A DNA stretch of 64,000 bases from Clostridium sp. (lineage in GTDB: Bacteria > Bacillota_I > Bacilli_A > RF39 > UBA660): positions 71 to 64,070 of the forward strand of contig JAMPDH010000006.1 of assembly GCA_023665725.1 (NCBI GenBank), given 5' to 3'. This document shows, one piece after another, positions 14,268 to 22,801 of this stretch. Under the pieces are notes generated by a model that was not told where the DNA came from, did not search any database, and worked only from the letters and a program-made list of their open reading frames with translations. Every line of letters begins with the position of its first letter. Within the stretch, counting starts at the first letter, position 1. A program made the position numbers and the translations under genes.

Positions 14268-14684
14268 CTATTTTATATATCCATTTGATTTAAATGATTC
14301 AATAATGCCATTTGTATCTGCAGCCCCAATTATCCATCTAGAACTATGAAGTAACTTCCCATCCTTATAAAATACTGTTGTTGGAGTTGAGTCAAAACTT
14401 ACTAAGCCTTTAAGTTTAATATGTTCTTCATCCGTTAATTTATCTATATCAAGATAATAAACCTTGATATTATATTTTTTTATAAAATGTTCCATAGTTG
14501 GTTTGTATAGTTCACAAGCGGAACAAGTTGCAGAGCCTATTACAAGTGGAAATGTTTCTTTATTTTCAATTGATTTTTCTAATTCACTGTAGCTAATTTC
14601 TACATAACCATCATACTTTGTACATCCCCCTAGTAATACTGTTAATATTAACATTGATAGAATCATCGCTATTTTTCTTTTCAT
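14268..14684 (-). CDS. thioredoxin-like lipoprotein (CxxC present)
   Basis: Lipobox LGGC; Trx fold with a CSAC pair and a TPTTVFYKDGK motif. Confidence 0.65.
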   Translation of the reverse strand: MKRKIAMILSMLILTVLLGGCTKYDGYVEISYSELEKSIENKETFPLVIGSATCSACELYKPTMEHFIKKYNIKVYYLDIDKLTDEEHIKLKGLVSFDSTPTTVFYKDGKLLHSSRWIIGAADTNGIIESFKSNGYIK

Positions 14685-14796
14685 TTTTATCTACCTACCT
14701 CTTAATCATTATATAACAAAAAGGCTAAAAAAAAAAGAAGTTTATTTATAAAACTCAAAAATGACTTCTGATATTTTCAGAAATCATATTATAGTA

Positions 14797-15270
14797 TTAG
14801 TATTCTCTATTATCATTTAACATCGAAGTTAGATTATCATAAAAAATTATTTGATCTGGCATTAAAGTTAGGTTTTCATTCATATTTAATAAGTCTTCTT
14901 TTTTAATATTTAATTTATTAGATATATCTTCTAATGTTTCATTTTCTGAAACAATATATACTTTATTTTTTTCATTAGGTATTAAAAGTTTTTCTCCTGG
15001 ATATATATATTCATTTAAATCTATTCCATTTATAAGAGCCAATGTATCTGATGTGGTTCCATATTTTTTAGCAATAGAATAAAGAGAATCTCCTTTTTTT
15101 ACAGTATATTCCTCAAACTTATTATTTGTATTTGGCACTATAATATAAGTCCCAAGAGAAGAAAAATCTGTAATTCCATTTATTTTTTTAAGTTCATCTA
15201 CTGTAGTATTAAAATTATCTGCAATAGATTGTAGTGTATCATAAAGACCTATTTGATATATTTGATACAT
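14797..15270 (-). CDS. LysM domain protein (3 LysM repeats)
   Basis: Three YxVxxGDTL...IA..YxxT...L..xN-type LysM motifs. Confidence 0.75.
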   Translation of the reverse strand: MYQIYQIGLYDTLQSIADNFNTTVDELKKINGITDFSSLGTYIIVPNTNNKFEEYTVKKGDSLYSIAKKYGTTSDTLALINGIDLNEYIYPGEKLLIPNEKNKVYIVSENETLEDISNKLNIKKEDLLNMNENLTLMPDQIIFYDNLTSMLNDNREY

Positions 15271-15331
15271 TAATATTCACCTCTATATTAGTGTATGTGT
15301 GTGTATCATAAATGTCATAAAATATTATATT

Positions 15332-15356
15332 AAAAAAGCACTTATTGTGCTTTTTC
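15332..15356 (-). terminator. rho-independent terminator of rpmE
   Basis: Minus strand GCAC-AATAA-GTGC hairpin followed by a T6 run; it overlaps the rpmE stop codon. Confidence 0.5.
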
Positions 15357-15548
15357 AAGTTTACGATTAAATTTCTCAATTGCTCCTGTTTTCTTAGCAG
15401 TTGTTACTTGACCTCCATTAAATGCAGGATGACACTTGTTACAAACTTCTAAATGTAATTCAGATTTATTTGATTTTACTGTAAAAGTATTTCCACAAGC
15501 ACATGTAACTTTTGTATCTACATATTCAGGATGTATTCCTTTTTTCAT
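15342..15548 (-). CDS. rpmE: 50S ribosomal protein L31
   Basis: MKKGIHPEY...C..C...C..CHP zinc-ribbon L31 signature; AGGAG RBS precedes the ATG at 15546-48 (the ORF-track start at 15608 is too far upstream). Confidence 0.9.
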   Translation of the reverse strand: MKKGIHPEYVDTKVTCACGNTFTVKSNKSELHLEVCNKCHPAFNGGQVTTAKKTGAIEKFNRKLEKAQ

Positions 15549-15781
15549 ATTATCTCCTTCCGCCATAACGAATTCCTCGTCATAGAAATTACTCATATAG
15601 TATAACAATAAATATTTTAAAAATCAATATCTAAATTATTTATATATTACAATTATATGATATTATTTTATGATATTTTTATGTATTAAATTGTCAAATA
15701 TAGTAAAATAGAATTATAAAATATTTGAAATTAAGATATCTATGTTATAATTTAAATAGATAATTGAAAGGAGATTATAAG

Positions 15782-15946
15782 ATGAATCAAAACTATAAAT
15801 TAAGTACAGAACAAATGCTGCAAATTATATTACAGGAATTAAATATGTTGAGAAGAGAAAATGCTGAATTAAAAGCAATGATGAGTACTCTGATTAACCC
15901 TGAACAAATTAATGTTCAAAGCGAAAATGAAAGAATGTTCCGCTAA
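15782..15946 (+). CDS. small hypothetical coiled-coil protein (54 aa)
   Basis: Strong RBS AAAGGAG 7 nt before the ATG at 15782 (the ORF-track start at 15764 is TTG); no homology recognised. Confidence 0.35.
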   Translation: MNQNYKLSTEQMLQIILQELNMLRRENAELKAMMSTLINPEQINVQSENERMFR

Positions 15947-15972
15947 AAAAAGTTATCATTTTGATAACTTTT

Positions 15973-16617
15973 TTAATCCCTCGATTTACCAAACAATGAA
16001 ATTAATCTATAGAATAAGTTAATAAAATCTAGGTATAATTGAAAAGCTGCAAATATTGCTAAATTGTCTTCATCTGGTATAACAGTTTGTAATCTTTTTA
16101 CTTGTTGCATATCATATGCAATATATCCTAGGAATACTATTATTCCTATCCAGCAAAGAATCATATCAAAAGTTGTTGATCCAATAAACATATTTATAAT
16201 TGTTGCTATTATTATTCCAATCAATGCCATTAAAAGAATTGTTCCAAATTTAGATAAATCTAAGTTTGTTACTTTACCAATTATAGCGAATATTAAGAAA
16301 AGTCCAGCTGTTATTGCAAACACAAATATTATTGATGTTATTTCATATACAACAAATATAAGTGATAAAGATAATCCAGTTGTAAATGAATAAACAAAAT
16401 ATAAAATTTTAGCAGTCATTGGATTCATTTTAGTAACACGCATTCCTAAGAATACTGCAATAAATATTTCTACTAAAAATATTATTATTGTATATGATGG
16501 CTTTAATATATTAAATAACATGTTTGTTTGTGTAGAAACAAATAATCCTGTTGCAAAAGAAACAAGTAAACCTAAAAATAACCATAAATATATTTTAGAA
16601 TATAATTTATTATTCAT
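15973..16617 (-). CDS. Bax inhibitor-1/YccA family membrane protein
   Basis: 214 aa, 7 TM helices; C-terminal LYLDFINLF motif typical of the BI-1 family. Confidence 0.7.
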   Translation of the reverse strand: MNNKLYSKIYLWLFLGLLVSFATGLFVSTQTNMLFNILKPSYTIIIFLVEIFIAVFLGMRVTKMNPMTAKILYFVYSFTTGLSLSLIFVVYEITSIIFVFAITAGLFLIFAIIGKVTNLDLSKFGTILLMALIGIIIATIINMFIGSTTFDMILCWIGIIVFLGYIAYDMQQVKRLQTVIPDEDNLAIFAAFQLYLDFINLFYRLISLFGKSRD

Positions 16618-16654
16618 TATTTTTCCTCCATTCTTTATTATTATAACACAATTT

Positions 16655-17170
16655 TTATTCTATATATAATATTTTATATTTATCACATAAATTTTCAATA
16701 TGATAATCAAGGTATTCATTTATTTCATCATTTACATTAAGTCTAATAAAACTTATTTCTTCTTTACTATAAGTTCTTACAAGTTTAAATAATTCTTCTA
16801 AATCTCTTATTGTTTTATCTATATTTTCATACATATTGTCATTTTGTAATATAACATTAAAATCATTATAACCTACATTTAATGTTATGTAATCTGCTTT
16901 TATAATATAATTAAGTATAGTTTTTCCATCAATTTCTTTTTGAAATTTAATATCATTTATAATATCTGTTATCCTATAATTATTGTCTAAAAATTTAGTA
17001 TTATAATTTAATGTTCCGAATTTATCTTGTAATGACTTTACTTTTTCTTGTATATATATATCGTTATCGTTTACTCCTAATATAAGGTAAGCTTTGCCTT
17101 TTACTTTAGTAAATGTATATATTAATATTATAGAAATTATTATTATTGTTAAAAATAAAACTTTCTTCAT
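16655..17170 (-). CDS. hypothetical secreted/membrane-anchored protein
   Basis: 171 aa with an N-terminal signal/TM segment; no clear domain. Confidence 0.4.
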   Translation of the reverse strand: MKKVLFLTIIIISIILIYTFTKVKGKAYLILGVNDNDIYIQEKVKSLQDKFGTLNYNTKFLDNNYRITDIINDIKFQKEIDGKTILNYIIKADYITLNVGYNDFNVILQNDNMYENIDKTIRDLEELFKLVRTYSKEEISFIRLNVNDEINEYLDYHIENLCDKYKILYIE

Positions 17171-17235
17171 AAGATTTCACCTTCAAAAAAAGTAGATAAA
17201 CATATCTACTTTAATTATATTAATTATGTATTTTT

Positions 17236-18504
17236 TTAATACTCTTCTATAGAAAGTTTTGCACCAACATTATTTAATTTTCCAACAATATCTTCATATC
17301 CTCTTAAAATATGTTCAACTTCTTTTATAATTGTTGTTCCTTCTGCTACTAAACCTGCTAAAATCAAACAAGCTCCTGCTCTAAGATCAGTTGCAATAAC
17401 TTCTTTCCCAATTAGCTTTGTAGGACCATTTATAGTTAATTTATCACAATTAATAGATATATCTGCTCCCATATCACATAAGTACTTAACATTTAAAAAT
17501 CTATTTTCATATATTGTTTCTTCTACTGTTGACTTACCATGTGATTGTGTAAATAGTGTTGTTATTGGTTGTTGTAAATCCGTTGGATATCCTGGATATG
17601 ATAATGTTTTAATATTTGATGCTATTATATTATTAGAAGAATATACTGTTACATAATCATCTCCTATATCCATATCTACATTCATTTCAGTAAGTTTAGA
17701 CGTTAATGATTCTATGTGACTTGGAATTATATTTTCTATTTTTAAATTTTCTCCCATTAAAGCTCCTGCTAAAATGTATGTTCCCGCTTCTATTCTATCT
17801 GGTATTACTTCTGTAAAACCACTTCCTAGTCTATCTACACCTTTTATCATTATTGTACTTGTTCCAGCACCACTAATTTTTGCTCCCATATTATTTAAAA
17901 ATGTTGCGACATTTACTATTTCTGGTTCTTTAGCAGCATTTTCAATAACTGTTATTCCATTTGCTTTTACAGCTGCAAACATTAAATTTATTGTTGCTCC
18001 AACACTTGCTATATCTAAATATATTCTACTACCTCTTAATTCATCTGCTTTTAAAATAAATTTATTATTATCTTGTATTGTTTTAACACCAAGATATTCA
18101 AATCCTTTTAAATGTAAATTTATTGGTCTTGCTCCTATTGAACACCCACCTGGGAAATATATCTCGGCACTTTTATATCTACCAAGTAAAGCCCCCATAA
18201 AATAATACGAAGCTCTTAGTTTTTTTGATAAAATTTCTGGTATTTCTTTATTTTCTATATTAGAGGAATCTATTACTAAAGAATCAATTTCTCTTGTTAT
18301 ATTAGCGCCTAAATACTCAAGAATTTCTACTAATGCATCTATATCAGAAACATTAGGAATATTATCTATTCTAACAACTTCATCTGATAAAATTGCAGCA
18401 GGAATAAGCGCTACTGCACTGTTTTTGGCACCACATATTTTTATGGTACCATTTAATTTATGTCCTCCTTCTATTTTAATTTGTTTCATTTTTATCCTCT
18501 CCAC
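17236..18504 (-). CDS. murA: UDP-N-acetylglucosamine 1-carboxyvinyltransferase
   Basis: EPSP-synthase fold with MurA blocks (KICGAKNSAVALIPAAIL; active-site Cys in PGGCSIGARPI). Confidence 0.92.
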   Translation of the reverse strand: MERIKMKQIKIEGGHKLNGTIKICGAKNSAVALIPAAILSDEVVRIDNIPNVSDIDALVEILEYLGANITREIDSLVIDSSNIENKEIPEILSKKLRASYYFMGALLGRYKSAEIYFPGGCSIGARPINLHLKGFEYLGVKTIQDNNKFILKADELRGSRIYLDIASVGATINLMFAAVKANGITVIENAAKEPEIVNVATFLNNMGAKISGAGTSTIMIKGVDRLGSGFTEVIPDRIEAGTYILAGALMGENLKIENIIPSHIESLTSKLTEMNVDMDIGDDYVTVYSSNNIIASNIKTLSYPGYPTDLQQPITTLFTQSHGKSTVEETIYENRFLNVKYLCDMGADISINCDKLTINGPTKLIGKEVIATDLRAGACLILAGLVAEGTTIIKEVEHILRGYEDIVGKLNNVGAKLSIEEY

Positions 18505-18540
18505 TACTATATTAATATGATATTTCCCTAATAAGGTGTT

Positions 18541-19386
18541 TTAAGCTTTATCCATTGATCCTAGTAAAATCAATTTTTCACTTATCTTATTTTTTATTGC
18601 AATTTCTCCTGATTTTATTATCTTTCTTGGATCATATATATCAGGATTTTGTTCTATAAAACTTTTAACTTCTTTCGCCCACTCAAACTGTAACTCAGTA
18701 TTTATATTTATTTTACATATTCCATTTTGTATTGATATTTTAATTAAATCATCTGCTATTCCACTTCCACCGTGAAGCACAAGTGGTAAATTTGTTTTCA
18801 ATGATATTTCTTTCATACGTTTAAAATCTAAATTAGGTTTGTCTTTATAAAATCCATGGACACTTCCTAATGCGGGGGCTAGAAGATCTATATTTGTTTC
18901 TTTAACTAGTTTATAAGCATCATTTACTTTGGCATATTCAGTGTCTTTAGATATTTTATTTTTCCCAATATAGCCTATTTCTGCTTCTACTATTACATTT
19001 TTTGAATGTGCATAATCAGTAACAATTTTAGTATTTTTTATGTTTTCTTCCAATGAATATTTAGATAAATCTATCATAACAGATGTAAAATTAGCATTAA
19101 TTGCATCTATACATGATTCTACACTCGTTCCATGATCTAGGTGTAATGACACAGGAACTTTTATATTTAAATCTTTTATTAACCCTATAATCATACTTGA
19201 TACTGTATTATATCCACCCATATATTTTACAGAACTTTCACTTACTCCCAATATAACTGGACTTTTTTTATAATTGCATTCCTCTAATATGAATTTAGTC
19301 CATTCTAAGTTATTTATATTAAAATGTGGTATTGCATATTTATTTTGCTTTGCTTTTTCTAACTCTTCTTTCATGTTTGTAAGCAT
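18541..19386 (-). CDS. fba: fructose-bisphosphate aldolase, class II
   Basis: YAIPHFNINNLEW, SLHLDHGTS, VLHGGSGI motifs. Confidence 0.9.
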   Translation of the reverse strand: MLTNMKEELEKAKQNKYAIPHFNINNLEWTKFILEECNYKKSPVILGVSESSVKYMGGYNTVSSMIIGLIKDLNIKVPVSLHLDHGTSVESCIDAINANFTSVMIDLSKYSLEENIKNTKIVTDYAHSKNVIVEAEIGYIGKNKISKDTEYAKVNDAYKLVKETNIDLLAPALGSVHGFYKDKPNLDFKRMKEISLKTNLPLVLHGGSGIADDLIKISIQNGICKININTELQFEWAKEVKSFIEQNPDIYDPRKIIKSGEIAIKNKISEKLILLGSMDKA

Positions 19387-19470
19387 CGTATCACCTATAT
19401 CAATTATAGAGTCTTTTAACTATATAATCAAGAGATAAGTTACTTATAATTGTATATAATGTAAACTTAT

Positions 19471-20862
19471 TTATTTATAATTTTTTAAAATATTGCGTGC
19501 TGCAACTAAACCAGTTGCTGCTGCCGTTACAATGTTTCCGGCTTTTCCTGCACCGTCACCAATAAAATAAATATTTTCGCTTTCGGCTTTGAAATTATTA
19601 TCTGTTTTTATTTCATTACTAAAAAATTTTATTTCAGGACCATATAATAATGTTTCGTCATTTGCAACTCCTGGAATTATTTTATCTAATTTTTCTAATC
19701 CCTCTAATATATTTAAAATTATTCTATGCGGCAAAACTAGTGATAAATCCCCTGCTACGCAATCTTTTAATGTGGGTTCTATAAAACCTTTATCTATTCT
19801 ATGCCATTCACTACGTCTCCCATTTCTTAGATCTTTCAATGTTTGAACTATAGGCTTTCCTGCTCCTAATACACTGGCAATATGGGCGATGGATTCTCCA
19901 TAATCCCTTGTATTTGTTGTTGGATGTGTTAAATTAACTTTACTAATAAAGGCAAAATTACTATTATCTGATTTTGTGTTTTTTAGTGCATGACCATTTA
20001 CACATATATACCCATCATAATTTTCCTTTGCAACAAATCCACCAGGATTAGTACAGAATGTCCTTATTTCATCACCATAAGTATCTGTTTTTATAAATAT
20101 TGTAGGATCATATATTACATCTGTAATTTCTTCTAATATTTCTTTTCTTACTTCTACTCTTACACCTATTTCAATACTTTGACTTACATATTCTATATTA
20201 TACTTTTCCGCTATTTCTTGTACCCATTTAGCGCCTGTTCTTCCTGATGAAATAACAACGTATTTCCCTTCTATAGTGTTTTTGTTTTTGCCTTTAGTAT
20301 AAGTTACAGTATATTTATCTTTATTACTACTTATATCAGTAACATCACAATTAGCATACATTTCAACACCCATTTGTTTTAAATAATTAGTTATATCCTC
20401 TATATATTTTGGTAAATTATCAGAACCCAAGTGTTTTTGTTTAATTATAAGTAAGTCTGCACCTAATTTTGTTATTTTACTTTTAATTTTTTGAGCTTCT
20501 TCCATATTAGATGGATATACTGTTGAATCCATATTAAATTTATTAAATATTTTTTCTGTATCATCAATTAACTTATACGCATCACTATGAGACATATATT
20601 TAAATAAATCTGATTTACCAATTTTAGGGACAAAGTTTAATTTACCATCCGAAAACGTACCTGCTCCTCCAAAACCTGATAATATTGAACATGGATGGCA
20701 ATTTTTACAGGCACATCCTGTTTTTACTATTGGACATCCTCTAAGAGATGCAAAAGAACCTTTATCTATTAACGCTATTTTTAAATTTTTATTTTTACTT
20801 ATCAATTCATATGCAGTAAATAATCCTCCTGGACCTGCTCCTACAATAATAACATCATACAT
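19471..20862 (-). CDS. FAD-dependent oxidoreductase (COG2509-type uncharacterised flavoprotein)
   Basis: N-terminal Rossmann motif VIIVGAGPGG; 463 aa. Confidence 0.7.
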   Translation of the reverse strand: MYDVIIVGAGPGGLFTAYELISKNKNLKIALIDKGSFASLRGCPIVKTGCACKNCHPCSILSGFGGAGTFSDGKLNFVPKIGKSDLFKYMSHSDAYKLIDDTEKIFNKFNMDSTVYPSNMEEAQKIKSKITKLGADLLIIKQKHLGSDNLPKYIEDITNYLKQMGVEMYANCDVTDISSNKDKYTVTYTKGKNKNTIEGKYVVISSGRTGAKWVQEIAEKYNIEYVSQSIEIGVRVEVRKEILEEITDVIYDPTIFIKTDTYGDEIRTFCTNPGGFVAKENYDGYICVNGHALKNTKSDNSNFAFISKVNLTHPTTNTRDYGESIAHIASVLGAGKPIVQTLKDLRNGRRSEWHRIDKGFIEPTLKDCVAGDLSLVLPHRIILNILEGLEKLDKIIPGVANDETLLYGPEIKFFSNEIKTDNNFKAESENIYFIGDGAGKAGNIVTAAATGLVAARNILKNYK

Positions 20863-20978
20863 TTTTAACCACCTACTAAATTATAACACCTTGAATATAT
20901 AAATACAAAGTTTTTATACAGTTCTTTGTATATTTTTTAGTTAAATATACCATTATATAATGTGAAACATTTGTGAAA

Positions 20979-21005
20979 TTAGCACTTACATGTTGAATTT
21001 GCTAA
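20979..21005 (+). promoter_or_regulatory. degenerate CIRCE-like inverted repeat (TTAGCACTT-N9-ATTTGCTAA) overlapping the hsp20 promoter
   Basis: Compared with the CIRCE consensus TTAGCACTC-N9-GAGTGCTAA; flanked by -35 TTGAAT (20993-98) and -10 TATAAT (21015-20). Confidence 0.35.
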
Positions 21006-21089
21006 AATAAGGAGTATAATTAAATATGTAAGAGTTAAAACTTTTACATAATGGGATTTAACATGAATATTGAAAGGAAGATGATTATT

Positions 21090-21506
21090 ATGTTAATGCC
21101 TAGAAGAAGAAATGAGTTTGATATACTTGATGATATATTTGCAGATACCTTTTTTACACATCAAAATAGTACTTTAATGAAAACTGATATTAAGGAAAAA
21201 AATGATAAATATTTAATTGATGTGGATTTACCAGGTTATCAAAAGGAAAATATAAAAATTGAACTTGATGATGGATATCTAACAATACATGCTAAAACTG
21301 ATACTATAAATGAAGATAGTGATGATGAAAAATTTGTTAGAAAAGAAAGATATGTTGGTGAATGTTCTAGAAGTTTTTATGTTGGAGATCAAATATTAGA
21401 AGAAGATATAAAAGCATCATTTAATAATGGTACTTTACAACTAGAAATTCCAAAGAAAGAAGAAAAAAAAGAAATTCCTGAAAAGAAATATATTCAAATC
21501 GATTAA
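21090..21506 (+). CDS. Hsp20/alpha-crystallin family small heat shock protein
   Basis: Alpha-crystallin domain (DIKEKNDKYLIDVDLPGYQKENIKIEL...GTLQLEIPK); likely start at MLMPRRR with an RBS 9 nt upstream (the ORF track starts at 21051). Confidence 0.85.
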   Translation: MLMPRRRNEFDILDDIFADTFFTHQNSTLMKTDIKEKNDKYLIDVDLPGYQKENIKIELDDGYLTIHAKTDTINEDSDDEKFVRKERYVGECSRSFYVGDQILEEDIKASFNNGTLQLEIPKKEEKKEIPEKKYIQID

Positions 21507-21510
21507 TATA

Positions 21511-21531
21511 AGCACATTTCGTGCTTTTTTT
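21511..21531 (+). terminator. rho-independent terminator of hsp20
   Basis: AGCAC-ATTTC-GTGCT hairpin followed by a T7 run. Confidence 0.6.
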
Positions 21532-21608
21532 ATTTAAATAATTACTTTTTACTTGATTTTATAATGTTTTTGTTGTTTAATATTCACTATATGAAATGAG
21601 GCATTACA

Positions 21609-21950
21609 ATGTTTGAAAAAGATGTTTATAATTATTTTAATCTTATGATATTAAAATTTTTTAAATCTACAAATTCAGAATATAATGATAAATTATCTAA
21701 TCAAATAGTATCTATTTTATTAAATGAAGATGAAACAAGTAAACAATTATTTTTTGATTTCTTTAAGAATATTTCAAGTAATGATAAAGATAAAATTGTA
21801 AAAACTTGTATCTATGAAGTTATTAATAGGATAAATTATGTAGTTAAAAATTCAGATATGTTTAAAATTAATTATATAACAAACCTTATTAAAATGAATA
21901 ATAGAAATTTAGTTGTTTATATACATAATTTTTTATGTATGGTAAAGTAA
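21609..21950 (+). CDS. hypothetical protein
   Basis: 113 aa ORF; its end overlaps the next ORF at a T6 tract. Confidence 0.35.
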   Translation: MFEKDVYNYFNLMILKFFKSTNSEYNDKLSNQIVSILLNEDETSKQLFFDFFKNISSNDKDKIVKTCIYEVINRINYVVKNSDMFKINYITNLIKMNNRNLVVYIHNFLCMVK

Positions 21951-22633
21951 AAGGCCTAACTAGTTATGAAGTGGCTACTCTAAATGATTTAAATGTATGT
22001 GAAGCAATTTTATTAGATAGTTTATGTTTAAATTTAATTGATTTTGATTATAATCGTATTACCCTTAATCTAAATTTTATTTTAGAAAATAAAGAAAATT
22101 TTATAAAAAATATTATATATTATAAAGATACTATTATTAAATTATTTAAATTTTATATACCAGTTTATAGCTTAATGAGTAATTTGAAAAGTATGAACTC
22201 ACCCTTTGAAATTCCAAGTGATAAAAATTATGTAAAAATTTATCCAATAACAGATATTATCAAAAATGATATTATGAGGCAAATTAATACGGTTAATACC
22301 ACATGCAACTATACATTAAACAAATCTGATATTTATTATATGATATATCAATTTATTATAAATATTAGCTATGGGAAAGAATATAACTTATATATAAATA
22401 AGATATTGCTTATGCTTAAGCAAGATAACTTAAATATGGATTATGATACATATAAAGTTTTATTAGATATTTGCAAATTTGGATTAGAGTATTTTCCACT
22501 TGAAGAACAAATTGTCTATATTAAAGAATTAAAGCAAAATAACCTACACCCTATTCTAAATTTATATGCTTCTTTAGATATAGCAAAATATAATATTCTT
22601 GAGGAAAAGAAAAAAGTTTTTGGGCTTAAATAA
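21935..22633 (+). CDS. hypothetical protein (possibly continuous with the preceding ORF)
   Basis: 232 aa ORF; no recognisable domain. Confidence 0.35.
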   Translation: MYGKVKGLTSYEVATLNDLNVCEAILLDSLCLNLIDFDYNRITLNLNFILENKENFIKNIIYYKDTIIKLFKFYIPVYSLMSNLKSMNSPFEIPSDKNYVKIYPITDIIKNDIMRQINTVNTTCNYTLNKSDIYYMIYQFIINISYGKEYNLYINKILLMLKQDNLNMDYDTYKVLLDICKFGLEYFPLEEQIVYIKELKQNNLHPILNLYASLDIAKYNILEEKKKVFGLK

Positions 22634-22656
22634 TATTTATATTATAAATAGTGCTT

Positions 22657-22697
22657 ATGAAAAAATGATGTGGATTTTGTTTTTTGAACAAAAACAA
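22657..22697. terminator. long imperfect hairpin between convergent genes (bidirectional terminator candidate)
   Basis: GATGTGGATTTTGTTTTTT...AAAAACAAGGTTCACATC inverted repeat. Confidence 0.35.
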
Positions 22698-22801
22698 GGT
22701 TCACATCATTTAATATTTTTATTTATACTAACTCATTTCTTATATATTAATATATTTGGTATCGCTATCATATACAAGTGTAAAAACAGACTTAGGTACA
22801 T

